A stretch of 64,000 bases of DNA from Bdellovibrionota bacterium FG-1 (GCA_051382295.1 JBBCAW010000005.1:1-64000), one strand, 5' to 3'; shown: positions 20,367-31,034, counted from the first letter of the stretch. Notes: generated by a model from the sequence alone, not told the origin. Numbers and translations: made by a program.

Positions 20367-21151
20367 GTGCCCAATTGATGAATCTGACATTAGAAGTTTG
20401 GAGACAGTCGGGTCCGGCCGATCCAGGTCATTTTGAGACCTATCAGGCTAAAAATATTTCTCCGGATATGTCTTTTTTGGAGATGCTCGATTTTGTGAAC
20501 GAAGACTTGATCAAAACGGGCAAAGAGCCGATCGAGTTTGATAATGACTGTCGCGAAGGCATTTGTGGCTCTTGCAGCTGCATGATTAACGGTCAGGCTC
20601 ATGGGCCTGATCTGGCCATTGCGACCTGTCAGCTCCATATGCGAGGATTTAAAGACGGGGATCGGATTGTGGTTGAGCCTTGGCGCGCCCGGGCTTTTCC
20701 CGTGATCCGTGACTTGGTGGTAGATCGTAACGCGTTTGATCGCATTATTGCGGCGGGCGGATATACGGGAGCTAAGACTGGCGGGCATGCTGATGCCAAC
20801 GCTATTTTGATTTCCAAGCAAGATGCTGACGCGGCGATGGATGCCGCGGCTTGTATCGGATGTGGTGCGTGTGTGGCCGCGTGCCCGAATGCTTCGGCCT
20901 CACTTTTCACGGGCGCCAAGGTGTCGCAAATGGCTTTACTGCCGCAGGGGCATCCGCTTCGCGTCGATCGGGTCATTCGGATGGTCGAGCAGATGGATAA
21001 AGAAGGCTTCGGCAATTGCACCAATATTGGTGAGTGCCGGGCGGCTTGTCCGAAAGATATTTCGATCGACAATATTGCCCGGATGAAACGTGAGTACGTG
21101 GCTGCGATGAAGGCCCCGCTTCGTCGCACCGGCGGCGACGGCGCCATTTAA
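20363..21151 (+). CDS. sdhB: Succinate dehydrogenase Fe-S subunit
   Basis: [32 protein letters not shown]. Confidence 0.96.
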   Translation: MSAQLMNLTLEVWRQSGPADPGHFETYQAKNISPDMSFLEMLDFVNEDLIKTGKEPIEFDNDCREGICGSCSCMINGQAHGPDLAIATCQLHMRGFKDGDRIVVEPWRARAFPVIRDLVVDRNAFDRIIAAGGYTGAKTGGHADANAILISKQDADAAMDAAACIGCGACVAACPNASASLFTGAKVSQMALLPQGHPLRVDRVIRMVEQMDKEGFGNCTNIGECRAACPKDISIDNIARMKREYVAAMKAPLRRTGGDGAI

Positions 21152-21633
21152 AACTGCTGATTACTGAATTCGCCGCGAGCTGGGGTTTTGATGACGACAA
21201 AACCACGCTCCACCGTTTGGTGACAGGCGTTGCAGGCTTGGGTGAGGCTCTCGTGGCTTTTGATAAAGCTTTTCTTATTCTTGGCTTTGATCGCGGTTTC
21301 TACTTCTTGAACTCCTGATTCCGTAATCTTGACGGCATCGGTGAGGGGTACCTTGACCTCTTTGAAGTGAGGGTAAAGTTTTACGGCGCTATCTAAGCCT
21401 TCTTTGAGTTCATCGAGTTCATAGGCCGCGAGCGCCCAGCTCCCGACGCTTCCCGCATAGTAAAGTTTGGCATGGTGTTGTTGAATGACGCCCATGACTT
21501 CTCCCAGCGCCGGGCGAAGATCAAGGAGTCTAGCCTCGAGCTGGTTGATACGTTTGTGGAGGGCTGGGTCGCCTTGGGTGCAGGAGGTGAGGAAGATTGC
21601 AGTTAGAAGACCCAAAAGCGACATTTTGTTCAT
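21148..21633 (-). CDS. Lipoprotein monoheme cytochrome c (c'-like)
   Basis: Lipobox LTSC; C-terminal CNACH. Confidence 0.75.
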   Translation of the reverse strand: MNKMSLLGLLTAIFLTSCTQGDPALHKRINQLEARLLDLRPALGEVMGVIQQHHAKLYYAGSVGSWALAAYELDELKEGLDSAVKLYPHFKEVKVPLTDAVKITESGVQEVETAIKAKNKKSFIKSHESLTQACNACHQTVERGFVVIKTPARGEFSNQQF

Positions 21634-21703
21634 ATATTTCAACTATATACCCGATAATTTAATGGGTTGCCTCAATTTATTTGCGATGCTAAGTCACGTA
21701 ACG

Positions 21704-22282
21704 ATGTTGAACAAAATCATGTTGTTTTCAATTCTCCCGACCTTTTTGACTCTTGCCTCACTCGCTTATGCCTCTGGCCCATCCAATATTGCTGGGATTA
21801 GTGAACGCCTTGAGTCGATGACTTGTCGAGGTGCTTATTGGACCACGAAGGCTGATTCCGAAAAGCGCATTGGGCCTGCGATCGATTCCGCCTGCAGGAG
21901 TGTGAGCGATGCTGCGGCTGCTGAAGCCTGTTCCTTCTCTGTGATTAAACAAATGAGCAAGGCTGCGCCGGAAGCACTATTTGTCGGAAACGCCGTGAGT
22001 GGCCAGGTCACCTTTCAAATGTCGATTGTGGATGGCGGCAAACAGGTTTTTAGTTCGCTCCGTACGGGTAGTCATGGTGATGGGGTGGATGGCAATATTT
22101 CTTTGAACTTTCAGCGGGTAGGTGTGAGTAACGACCCTTATATGATCGAAAGTGGAAGTGTTTCGGGCGAGAGTGATAAAGTTTCGTCGTTCATGGTGCC
22201 CATCCGTAGGCGCTTGGCCCCTGACCTGGTCTACTTCTTCGTCGACGGTTGCACGCTGAACTGGGCCAAGCAGAATGAATGA
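21704..22282 (+). CDS. Hypothetical secreted protein
   Basis: Signal-peptide-like LTLASLAYA; start uncertain. Confidence 0.55.
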   Translation: MLNKIMLFSILPTFLTLASLAYASGPSNIAGISERLESMTCRGAYWTTKADSEKRIGPAIDSACRSVSDAAAAEACSFSVIKQMSKAAPEALFVGNAVSGQVTFQMSIVDGGKQVFSSLRTGSHGDGVDGNISLNFQRVGVSNDPYMIESGSVSGESDKVSSFMVPIRRRLAPDLVYFFVDGCTLNWAKQNE

Positions 22283-22325
22283 TCTGAAGTTGACATCCCC
22301 CTGTTACTTCGCCGATTGTTGACTT

Positions 22326-22661
22326 ATGCCTCAAATTCAACTCAGACTTCAGTCCGGTGTTTCCAGTTCAGGTGATATTACGTTGACGGTACAGGACAAT
22401 ACCTACGATTATCTGATGACTTCCCGCGCGCCGACAATCAAGGTGTCAGCCTATCTCGATCAAGATTGGCCGCAGATCGAGGCGAAATACGCCGATATTT
22501 TTGTTCATGAGGCCTGCCCCTCCAAATTTGAGGTCACTAAAATAACGCCCGGAAGCAAAATTAGAAAAAATCTCACGTTGCCCGGGTCCATGAAAAATGG
22601 CGAGCAGCTGGTGATTCACGTGAAGCGGGTGGGGGAGGGCACCAGTGACCCGACCTCATGA
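22326..22661 (+). CDS. Hypothetical protein
   Basis: 111-aa ORF filling intergenic space. Confidence 0.5.
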   Translation: MPQIQLRLQSGVSSSGDITLTVQDNTYDYLMTSRAPTIKVSAYLDQDWPQIEAKYADIFVHEACPSKFEVTKITPGSKIRKNLTLPGSMKNGEQLVIHVKRVGEGTSDPTS

Positions 22662-22805
22662 ATGTTTCCCTATTCAGAATTGGGAAGCAATGGGTCACGG
22701 CCGGATTGCCTGCTTCAGTTGCTTGAAATTACAGGGGATTTACTTTGGCTTTTTTGTAGACAACTGAAAGCGTCCTAAGTTATCTAAGTGTTCCAAAGTT
22801 TTTTT

Positions 22806-22879
22806 TGGGGAATCGTCCAATGGTAGGACACCAGACTCTGACTCTGGTTATCTAGGTTCGAATCCTAGTTCCCCAGCCA
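22806..22879 (+). tRNA. tRNA-Gln (CTG anticodon)
   Basis: TGGGGAA/TTCCCCA acceptor, CCAGA-CTCTGAC-TCTGG anticodon arm, GGTTCGAATCC, encoded CCA. Confidence 0.95.
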
Positions 22880-23003
22880 AAAAATAAGTCAGATGATTGA
22901 GCAAAGAACAAAATAGCTAGCCGCATTAAGTAGTTAATAACACAGGAAGAGCGGCGCAATCAAAACCGAGATATTTCAAGGTATTTCGGCCCATTTCAAA
23001 ACT

Positions 23004-23034
23004 TTGCTACCAAACTGCTACCATTTTGCTACCA
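23004..23034. repeat. Three TGCTACCA direct repeats, integrase arm-site-like
   Basis: TTGCTACCAAACTGCTACCATTTTGCTACCA about 125 bp downstream of tRNA-Gln. Confidence 0.6.
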
Positions 23035-23084
23035 GCAAAATTTCAACGAGCGAGTACCACGTAACGTCCTCAAGGAGGAACACC

Positions 23085-23252
23085 ATGGAACTCATTCGAT
23101 TCTACTCTGCCGTGCTTTGGCTCGGCATCATGCTCGCGCTGGCGGGCCAACTCAAATCCTGCACGCTCACGATTATGGGGCTCGCCGCTGAAAAGACCCA
23201 GGTCGGCATCATGTCTTATTCCAAATTCTCACGGATGCTCACGCACCCCTAG
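23085..23252 (+). CDS. Small hydrophobic hypothetical protein
   Basis: SD AAGGAGG; 55 aa; followed by hairpin at ~23300-23330. Confidence 0.55.
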   Translation: MELIRFYSAVLWLGIMLALAGQLKSCTLTIMGLAAEKTQVGIMSYSKFSRMLTHP

Positions 23253-23545
23253 AGCCTGACCACCTCAGTCAAACCGGTAGCACAACCAACCCCACCCACG
23301 GCCCGAAGGCATGAATAGCCCTCGGGCCGTTGCATTTCTAAAGGAGAGACTTATGCAAATTTTACCAACTCCCACCAAAAAACGTCGCTGGGCTTGCTAC
23401 GCAAGTTATGTTGAGTAGAAAATTATGTTAAGTACCGTCAGCCCACTACGGTATTTTGGCCTTATCTAAAAAATGTTCTTAACATAATTAAACAGTCTCC
23501 CGATAGATGGATCGTTGTTCATCACCGAACCAAACGGGAGGCATC

Positions 23546-24196
23546 ATGGCTTGCGAACATGTAACGGAGCAGGAGAAGATTTTTTTCTATAACGGAAAAT
23601 CATTGCCGCTGCTTTATCTGAAATATTTAGAGTATCTGCGGCAAGATAAAGAGTTGAATGGAGGCACTATTCATAATCGCAAAAAGCCGTTACTACTTTT
23701 TTTATGAAGTATCCGCACTTTGGGACGGCTTCGGGAATCAGAAAAATTTGCCCAGCCCTCATCCACGATTATGTGACTGAGACAGCCCAGCCACTTAGAC
23801 GCGAAGGTTCCTCTTTTGCCCGATGTCGCAGAAGCGCTTATTGCTTATTTTAAGGGGGGAAGGATGGATGCGCCTAAAAAATATGATCAGGTTTTTTTAA
23901 CGACAGGATTGGGTGGGAGTGTCGTTGATGGTCAACGCCCCATCAAGGGTTCGGTTTGGGGACTTGTCAGCCGGTCACTGCGGAAGATTGGCATTACTAA
24001 GGCGTGCCGGATACCGAGAGGGCCGCATTCGATTCGCCATGCGTTTGCGTCCAAGCTTCTCGCCGAAAACACGCCAATGAAAGACATCGCGGATCTGTTG
24101 GGGCACAAATCGATCCGCACGGCCTACGTGTACACAAAATCAGATGTGAATCGACTCAGGATGATCTCTGAGGAATGGCCGGAGGTGGCGGCATGA
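23546..24196 (+). pseudogene. Tyrosine recombinase (RitA-like), frameshifted and internally deleted
   Basis: C-terminal HSIRH, LLGH, Y and terminal EEWPEV; N-terminal SAM-like fragment broken at a T run near 23700. Confidence 0.8.
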
Positions 24197-24370
24197 AATC
24201 GGAAAATGAATTCAAATGGGGAGGCCTGACGGGTGACCTCATGCAAAAGCACCTGGCCCTTCGGGCGGCGATGGGAAGGGTGTCGAAAGCCGATGAAATC
24301 GTTCTTCGTCAGTTCAACGAGTTTTTGAATGAGAACTATCCGAAGCTCCGAGCACCCAATCGGCTAGGAC
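24193..24370 (+). pseudogene. N-terminal fragment of second recombinase (RitB-like)
   Basis: ATGA overlap; LMQKHLALRAAMGR...LRQFNEFL, then similarity is lost. Confidence 0.55.
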
Positions 24371-24729
24371 GAAGTCCTGATCAACCGCCTCAAGTGCCTC
24401 TACCAGCGCGTACTGGCGATCCAGGTCCGTGGCTAATGCGGCTTCTATTCCCGTTAGCATCGGGCTAGTCGGGATGATCGAGAGGTTTTGGCCGTATGCC
24501 GGCAACGCCTTCCCGGGAGAGGGTAGGGATCGGGGTACCGCCTTAATGCCCCATCGCGACAGGCGCACAACTCCATACGTTAATCGTAATTCAAAAACAA
24601 TAACATTAAGTTACAATTACTTGACTATTTTAGTTATTTATCATATAAAGCATCACCTTAGCCGGTACTCCTTGAGCGTGAGATCGAGAATTACCTCTTC
24701 CCGCCTCGGACAGTAACGAGGACCTTGTT

Positions 24730-25392
24730 ATGACTAAAAAGGCTTTGCATTATTCAGCCCCAGGATTTTCAATCCTTTCGCTGATCATAATTTCGGCATG
24801 TGGAGGAAATTCGCCCACCCAACCAAACCCCGCGCCAGTGAACAGTTCTCCTCCCTCAGCGGTTCCACAAGTCGTGGAAGCACCTATCAGCACCCCAGCC
24901 CCAGTTGTAACGCAGCCCCAAAGCCCCTCTCCCATCGGTATTTTGAACCTACCACTCCCGGAGGGTGCCGTGGAACTCGTTGGCCCCAACATCTGCACTG
25001 AGAAGCTATCACGCCTAATAGACTGCACTTCGGTCGGAACAAATTTGTCTTTTGATACAAAGTCACTTGATCCGGCCAAATTTTACAAAACAACGATCAC
25101 ACCGGTGATTCAAGGGGATTGCTCTGGCCTGGTCGTCGAACTCAACCTCACCTTCATTGCCAATCAAAACGAAGCCTCGGCAAAGGTGTTCAATCCATTT
25201 CTAAAAAAAGAAGAGGTGTTCGAAACTCCGACCCTTGAACCCATCTCGGCGATCACCATAGAAGACCGCAGGCCGGAACTCTGGAGAAAATTAACAGCCT
25301 TCAAGTCCACCTGCAGAGTAAGCGTCGGAATCCAACCCAACCAAGCTAAAGGAATAAACCATGAAAATCCCCCTTCCCTTCCACAACTTTAA
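24730..25392 (+). CDS. Hypothetical lipoprotein with Pro-rich linker
   Basis: Lipobox ISAC; SD GAGG. Confidence 0.7.
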   Translation: MTKKALHYSAPGFSILSLIIISACGGNSPTQPNPAPVNSSPPSAVPQVVEAPISTPAPVVTQPQSPSPIGILNLPLPEGAVELVGPNICTEKLSRLIDCTSVGTNLSFDTKSLDPAKFYKTTITPVIQGDCSGLVVELNLTFIANQNEASAKVFNPFLKKEEVFETPTLEPISAITIEDRRPELWRKLTAFKSTCRVSVGIQPNQAKGINHENPPSLPQL

Positions 25393-25543
25393 ACCTATAA
25401 ATTGGCTTTTTGCCGCGCTGTCAGTCTTTACACTTTGTCCCACATCCGCTCACGCAGACAATCTGACAGTAAATTACGGCCTCGAACAAGATGTGGCGCC
25501 GACAAAGACAGCCGTCATCTCCAAAACGCTACAGCTTTATTAG
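25361..25543 (+). pseudogene. Probably truncated secreted protein
   Basis: SD AAGGA, signal peptide ending SAHA, stops where it meets the end of the convergent yeiH-like gene. Confidence 0.35.
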
Positions 25544-26587
25544 ACCAAAAAGAATCGCAGTCAGCGTCCCTGTTGCCATCACAAACCATAATGCCACGCC
25601 CTGAATAAAGGGTGCTACCCCCACGGCTTTGATGGTCTCTTGGGTGAGGTTCGTGCCAATGAAAAAGAGTGTCAGAACCATGAGCCTTTTTGCAACGGCT
25701 TCAATCTGATGCCCAGCCCCCTGAAGAACTGGCACAAATGTAACTAAAGCGGCCGCCAACAAGAACCCAAGAATGAACCACGGCTTCTTGGTTTTTGTCG
25801 CCGCTGTTTTCGACTGATGACTTCGTGATCTGATCAGCCCCACAATCATGGCAACCGGAATGATCCATAGCGCCCGTGCCAGTTTTACTGTAGTCCCCAC
25901 CTCAAGGGCGTGAGATCCATACTGAAGAGTGGCCCCAACCACTGAACTCGTGTCATGGATGGCAAGGGCACTCCACAGTCCAAATTGCGTTTCAGTCAAA
26001 TTTAAGTGGTGCCCTATCCACGGAAAAATAAATAGAGCCAGGGCATTCGGCATAAAAACGATGCCAAGAGCTACTGACACCTCGTGTGACTTCGCTTTAA
26101 TCACGGGTGCCACTGCGGCGATGGCACTTCCGCCACAAATTGCCGTACCTACCGTGATTAACAGAGAGGTGTCTTTCTCAATTTTGAAAAGCCTTCCAAA
26201 AGTGGTTCCAATAAGAAAGGCACTGCCAATACCAGCAATTGTGTACCCAATTCCAGAGAGTCCTATTTTTCCGATGATTCCCAGATTCATTCCTGCACCA
26301 AGCCCCATCACGGCAAGGCTCAAGAGGGTGTGTGTGAGCTTCTTTGTGTGAGCGTTATAGGGGTTTCCAAAGGCTAACGCCACGATGACCCCCATGAAGA
26401 GAGCGACAGCGGAGGAGATCACTGGCAAAAAAGTAATCAGTGCAAAGGCAGGAATGGCATAGTGCCCAGGGGTTCTATTCCGCAGAAAAACAAGAGCAGC
26501 ATAAGGAATGCTCTGTTGGTGTTTAGGTGCATCAAGGTGAGCCGCCTTCTTTGGATCGAATTTCTTGCCTTCCTTGGAATGTGACAT
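25529..26587 (-). CDS. YeiH/putative sulfate exporter family membrane protein
   Basis: GTAICGGSAIAA, AIHDTSSV, TTVKLAR. Confidence 0.9.
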   Translation of the reverse strand: MSHSKEGKKFDPKKAAHLDAPKHQQSIPYAALVFLRNRTPGHYAIPAFALITFLPVISSAVALFMGVIVALAFGNPYNAHTKKLTHTLLSLAVMGLGAGMNLGIIGKIGLSGIGYTIAGIGSAFLIGTTFGRLFKIEKDTSLLITVGTAICGGSAIAAVAPVIKAKSHEVSVALGIVFMPNALALFIFPWIGHHLNLTETQFGLWSALAIHDTSSVVGATLQYGSHALEVGTTVKLARALWIIPVAMIVGLIRSRSHQSKTAATKTKKPWFILGFLLAAALVTFVPVLQGAGHQIEAVAKRLMVLTLFFIGTNLTQETIKAVGVAPFIQGVALWFVMATGTLTAILFGLIKL

Positions 26588-26747
26588 TGGAGATAGTCCC
26601 TCTTTTCCTTAAGTCAAAAAAACCCTCGCAGCCAGGCTTCATAGTGTTGCCCAATCTATTTTTCGTCAAACTCAGAATCTGACCGTAACTATAAACAGTT
26701 TTGATAAAGTAATGGAGCCGCTGCCTGTTTTGCGATAGGGTAGAAGC

Positions 26748-27125
26748 ATGATTCAATACGGATTTATGATTTGTGCTGGTTTCATTACGGGTGTCATGTC
26801 GGGTGTTTTCGGCATTGGCGGCGGAGTTATTCTTATCCCTATCCTGGTATTAGTGCTGCGGTTCAATCCGCACACAGCGAGTGGTACATCCCTCGTAGCT
26901 CTCCTGCTCCCCGTGGGAATTCTGGGCGTCATTCAATACTTCAAGGCGGGGAGCATCTCCTATGATCATATCCGCTACGGCTTGCTGATCGCCCTGGGAT
27001 TGTTTGTCGGCACCTACTTTGGGTCGAAGTTTGCGATGCTTCTCCCGGATTTTTGGTTAAGAAAAGGTTTCGCTTTACTGCTTATGATACTCGCGGTCAG
27101 GATGTGGATTACTCCTGCTGTCTGA
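26748..27125 (+). CDS. TauE/SafE sulfite exporter family (half-size)
   Basis: SGVFGIGGGVILIP, ASGTSL. Confidence 0.88.
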   Translation: MIQYGFMICAGFITGVMSGVFGIGGGVILIPILVLVLRFNPHTASGTSLVALLLPVGILGVIQYFKAGSISYDHIRYGLLIALGLFVGTYFGSKFAMLLPDFWLRKGFALLLMILAVRMWITPAV

Positions 27126-27214
27126 TATGAATAAGCTTGAACTGACATTAAAAGCTCTGGCAGACAAAAACAGGCTTCGAATCATTGGAATTGGATGGAG
27201 CTGTAATGATTTTA

Positions 27215-28270
27215 TCACTCTACTGCAGTTCCTTTGAATCGAATTCTCGTGTATGGATCCTCCGGGACCACTCGTCCAATGATCGAGGCTAATGGGAAAC
27301 GTGGCTGCAGGAGTTGTAGTGCTTTTTCAGCATCCTCTTCCGGCAACGAAAGCAGTAACCCTCCTGAGGTCTGTGGATCGACTGTCAGCCAGATTGTAGC
27401 CGCATCGACTTCCTGGTATGTCACACTTTTTTCGGTGTAGTCACGGTTGGTCTTGTGAGCGCGGTTTAAATAGTCGTCGCCGAGCATTTTGAGCGCGCCA
27501 GGCAGCGCAGGTAGGCGTTGGGTTTCAATTTCGAACGTGCATCGACTAGCCACCGCCATCTGCATGGCATGGCCCGCGAGGCCGAAGCCGGTAATGTCGG
27601 TCGCGGCGTTAATACTTACGTCTCCTATGAGATCATTCGTGCGATTGAGGAGTTTCATGCTCTCGATCGCAGCGCCGGTGAACTCCGCGGAAAGTTCGCC
27701 CAGTTTCAGGGCAGTCATGAGCGTGCCAGTTCCCAGTCCCTTGGTCAGAATCAGGGTGTCCCCTGGCTGGGCTCCTTGATTTGTCCAAGCGCGCTTCGCA
27801 TCGACGAAACCTGTGACTGAAAATCCGAGTTTAAGAGTTTCGTCGTCAATCGAGTGCCCGCCCGCGAGGCAGGCCCCCGCCTCAGCGATCTTTGTCACCG
27901 CGCCTTCCAGTAGTTCGCTGACGAGTGCCATCGGCAGAGTCGAGGCGGGAAAGGCGAGAATCGTAAGCGCGATCCGCGGCTCGCCTCCCATCGCATAGAC
28001 GTCGCTCATCGCATTGGCGGCGGCGATGGCGCCGAAGTCCCTCGCGTCATCAACGATGGGTGTGAAGAAATCCAGAGTCTGCACGAGATACTGACCATTG
28101 CCGAGATCCCAGAGACAGGCGTCGTCCATCAGTTCAGTGCCCACCTTGAGTTCAGGCAGCCGCGGGAGTTTGAGTGTTTTAAGGATCTCACGGAGTTCTC
28201 CGGCGGGAAGTTTTGCGGCGCAGCCGCCCTTTTTCACGGTCGCAGTCAGGCGAATCGGTTTTGGATCCAT
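27215..28270 (-). CDS. selD: Selenophosphate synthetase (Cys form)
   Basis: GGCAAK, DFFTPIVDD, AAANAMSDVYAMGG, TDITGFGLAGH, DPQTSGGLL. Confidence 0.96.
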   Translation of the reverse strand: MDPKPIRLTATVKKGGCAAKLPAGELREILKTLKLPRLPELKVGTELMDDACLWDLGNGQYLVQTLDFFTPIVDDARDFGAIAAANAMSDVYAMGGEPRIALTILAFPASTLPMALVSELLEGAVTKIAEAGACLAGGHSIDDETLKLGFSVTGFVDAKRAWTNQGAQPGDTLILTKGLGTGTLMTALKLGELSAEFTGAAIESMKLLNRTNDLIGDVSINAATDITGFGLAGHAMQMAVASRCTFEIETQRLPALPGALKMLGDDYLNRAHKTNRDYTEKSVTYQEVDAATIWLTVDPQTSGGLLLSLPEEDAEKALQLLQPRFPLASIIGRVVPEDPYTRIRFKGTAVE

Positions 28271-29364
28271 TGTTGGCATTCCTCGTAATTTCCCCGGAAA
28301 AGTACCGGACGATTGAGTGATTTTAGGCCTGAGAGATAGAGTCTGTCGTAATAATGCTCAAGCAGCTCGCGAATCCAAGGTAAGTGACGATCCTCATCCA
28401 GTCGCTCATTGTTCATGAATGCATCTTCAAGCGCCCGGATGATCTTTGAAGTCAGCAGTCCGCCTAGACGTTTGGAGATGCGTTTCACAGCATTGCGCAT
28501 GGATTCTAGATGGTCGTGCGCAGAAATCCCCGCGCGCATCGGTTCGAGAACATAGGTGCGTGCAATGTGTAAGGCGCGGTCGTCGAGACCAACCTCCAAA
28601 AGGACCAGCGGTGCTTGGACAATCCGATCCTTGATTTCATTGGGTAAGAGTACTCGACCGATTGCACTACTTTCGTCTTCCACGAGCACTTCAGGGCGTC
28701 TCGCCTGTTTTGCCCGGTAGATTGCAAGAAAAAGCTGATTCTCGAAAGTCGCCTGACTGGGTTGCTCGACTCCTGCGATTCCCCCAAAAGCACTGCCGCG
28801 ATGCGCGGCGAACTCCTCGAGGTCGATCCTTGCGGGGCCGGCAGCGGTGAGTAGCTCGGTTTTACGGGAACCCGTCAATCCTGCAAGAACCAGGAATGCA
28901 GGTTGAGCGGCTTGGGCACTCTGAAGGAGTTCCGCACGGATGGCTTTGTAGCCGCCCTCCACCGTTCGAATGGGACTTCCCGTGTATTCAGCCATCCATT
29001 CGGCTGCAATACGCGAACGAAGTCCCCCACGCCAGCAGCTCACAATCGCCTTGTGACCCGCGGTGGCTTCGATCGCGGCGCGCCAAGCCTCAAGCCGAAG
29101 CAGACGGTAGGGGGCCACGAGCCGTTGACCAAGATGAATGGCCGCTTCTTGTCCTTGCTGCATATAGATCAAGCCGACTTGGTGTCGTTCGGAGTCCGTG
29201 AGGATGGGGAGATTTTGGAAGCCTGGAATCTTCCCCTGTGCATACTCAGCCTCCGACCGTACGTCGATGAGTGCGGCATCTCCGTGCTCAGGCTCGGATA
29301 ATATTGCAAGCGCCTCCACTGCGGTGATCTTTAAGACGTCGTGAAAAAGTTCAATCCTAGACAA
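28246..29364 (-). CDS. mnmH: tRNA 2-selenouridine synthase (SelU)
   Basis: Rhodanese DVRS..CWRGGLRS, GGYKA, P-loop-like GLTGSRKT, HRGSAFG, EDES, YYD. Confidence 0.93.
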   Translation of the reverse strand: MSRIELFHDVLKITAVEALAILSEPEHGDAALIDVRSEAEYAQGKIPGFQNLPILTDSERHQVGLIYMQQGQEAAIHLGQRLVAPYRLLRLEAWRAAIEATAGHKAIVSCWRGGLRSRIAAEWMAEYTGSPIRTVEGGYKAIRAELLQSAQAAQPAFLVLAGLTGSRKTELLTAAGPARIDLEEFAAHRGSAFGGIAGVEQPSQATFENQLFLAIYRAKQARRPEVLVEDESSAIGRVLLPNEIKDRIVQAPLVLLEVGLDDRALHIARTYVLEPMRAGISAHDHLESMRNAVKRISKRLGGLLTSKIIRALEDAFMNNERLDEDRHLPWIRELLEHYYDRLYLSGLKSLNRPVLFRGNYEECQQWIQNRFA

Positions 29365-29385
29365 ATTTTTACTCTTACCCTTTAC

Positions 29386-29865
29386 CTATGGAAAGGTATG
29401 GCGAAGTCTTCCGCGTTTAATGAGGATATCGAGATCGTATTCCTTCACATGAAAATCCTCATGGGTGCCACGTGAAGGGACATAGTTTCCGATCTGGATT
29501 TCAATCTGGATCGAAAGGTGAGGCAGTGCCGCGAGCAAGGTTCGAAGGGTCGTCACGGCCGGATGATAGCTCGCCTCGAAAGTCTTTTGGTGACCGATGG
29601 CGTTTAACTTTCCTGCATGACCGACGCTGATCCAGCCCAAGCTATAAGCCAGATGCGCATTTTTTTCCGCCAATTCAGCCTCTTCGGGCGCTTCATCTTT
29701 TCCCACCGCGCGGGTATCTGGCCTGCGAAATTGGGCGTTGATACTCGTCCAATGTTCTTTGGTTTTGTGAAAGTGGCCTTGCGGCGTGATCCAGCCGCGC
29801 GGTACTTGGTCGTCATTTGGGATTCCAGCATTGTGCGGAAAAAGGTGTCGGATGCGTTGTTTCAT
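29386..29865 (-). CDS. Hypothetical protein
   Basis: 159-aa ORF co-oriented directly upstream of mnmH; GWITPQG motif. Confidence 0.6.
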   Translation of the reverse strand: MKQRIRHLFPHNAGIPNDDQVPRGWITPQGHFHKTKEHWTSINAQFRRPDTRAVGKDEAPEEAELAEKNAHLAYSLGWISVGHAGKLNAIGHQKTFEASYHPAVTTLRTLLAALPHLSIQIEIQIGNYVPSRGTHEDFHVKEYDLDILIKRGRLRHTFP

Positions 29866-30032
29866 ATTTTTGGCCCCTGTATTGGTTTAATGAGTGGTTC
29901 GGCCGGTGTCAATGGGTGGGTTGTTGCCGCCCGGGACCGGTGGAGATTCGTAGTTCATTAATGCATTGCACTAGCTTCCTGGCCCCTGGTAGTCTCCGAT
30001 AGGTCAATCCAACAGAAAGCAGAGGACCCGTT

Positions 30033-30641
30033 ATGGGTAAAAATACGTTGCCGGCGCAATTATCAAAGGCACTTCAGTTTGCAACGCTGAAACATGGTCT
30101 TCAAACCCGCAAAGGGACGGAAATCCTCTATATTTCACATCCATTAGCGGTGGCCGCTTTGGTGATGGAACACTCTGGGAACTTGACGCAGATCCAGGCG
30201 GCTCTTTTTCATGATTTATGTGAGGACTGCGATGTCTCCCTAGCGGTGATCAAGAAACAATTCGGCGCGGGTGTAGCCAAAATTGTGGAGAACTGCTCGG
30301 ATTCCTTTTCTTCAGAAAAGGGACCATGGAAGAACAGAAAGGTAGCCTATCTCAAACACTTAGAGACAGTCTCCGCAGACACTCTTTTGGTTTCCCTGGC
30401 GGATAAGGTTCATAATTGCGGTGCAATCGTCCGGGATCTTGATCGTCACGGCAAGGGTGTTTGGAAACGATTCAGCGCAGAACCTTTACAGATCAGCTGG
30501 TATTATTCGACGCTCCTCAAGATCTTCACCCGCCGCCGCACTGAGGGCACCGCTGGTTTTAAGCAACTTCTGGCTGATTTTAGAAAGAGTGTAAAGCGAC
30601 TTGTTGCCGAGGCAAAACTCGGAGTTGCGCAAAATGACTAG
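30033..30641 (+). CDS. Stand-alone HD hydrolase, Mesh1/small alarmone hydrolase-like
   Basis: H..QTRKG..YISHP, FHDLCED, LADKVHN. Confidence 0.85.
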   Translation: MGKNTLPAQLSKALQFATLKHGLQTRKGTEILYISHPLAVAALVMEHSGNLTQIQAALFHDLCEDCDVSLAVIKKQFGAGVAKIVENCSDSFSSEKGPWKNRKVAYLKHLETVSADTLLVSLADKVHNCGAIVRDLDRHGKGVWKRFSAEPLQISWYYSTLLKIFTRRRTEGTAGFKQLLADFRKSVKRLVAEAKLGVAQND

Positions 30642-30722
30642 TTCCTTCGGGAGGCGCACAGCAGTAGACTTGCCGCCAGTCGTGGGCATGTTGGCACGCA
30701 CCCAGCATCACTTAAAAGCCAT

Positions 30723-31034
30723 ATGATCAAAATCCTTGGGATCCTTTCTTTAGTACTATTGTTGCCGCTGTACGCTTCGGCTCAGTCGGTGGATGGCTCA
30801 AACACGGCGACGACCACCGGGCAAAGTGTGTCAGAACAAGCGGGCCAGGCAGGCCAACAGGCGAGTCAGGTGGGCACTCTTCTGCCCACGACAACTCCCA
30901 CTCCCATTCCCGCACCCTTTCCGGCGGCGTCGCCCCCTGGCTTAGTAGCCCCAGAGTTATCTTTTCCGCCCGCAGTCGCTACGCCACCACTCGAAGTGTC
31001 GCCCTTACCGAGTTCGGACTTTAATAGGGAGTAA
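30723..31034 (+). CDS. Secreted Pro/Thr-rich hypothetical protein
   Basis: Signal peptide ending ASA. Confidence 0.55.
   Translation: MIKILGILSLVLLLPLYASAQSVDGSNTATTTGQSVSEQAGQAGQQASQVGTLLPTTTPTPIPAPFPAASPPGLVAPELSFPPAVATPPLEVSPLPSSDFNRE

Larger units (their letters stand above)
23406..24370 (+). mobile_element. Degraded RIT-like (recombinase-in-trio) element
   Basis: TTATGTTRAG repeats at the left end, then two translationally coupled tyrosine-recombinase fragments. Confidence 0.6.

Noticed and set aside
19491..20390. Long antisense ORF (299 aa) and similar shadow ORFs in the track
   Set aside because: Overlap well-supported genes on the opposite strand and show no motifs
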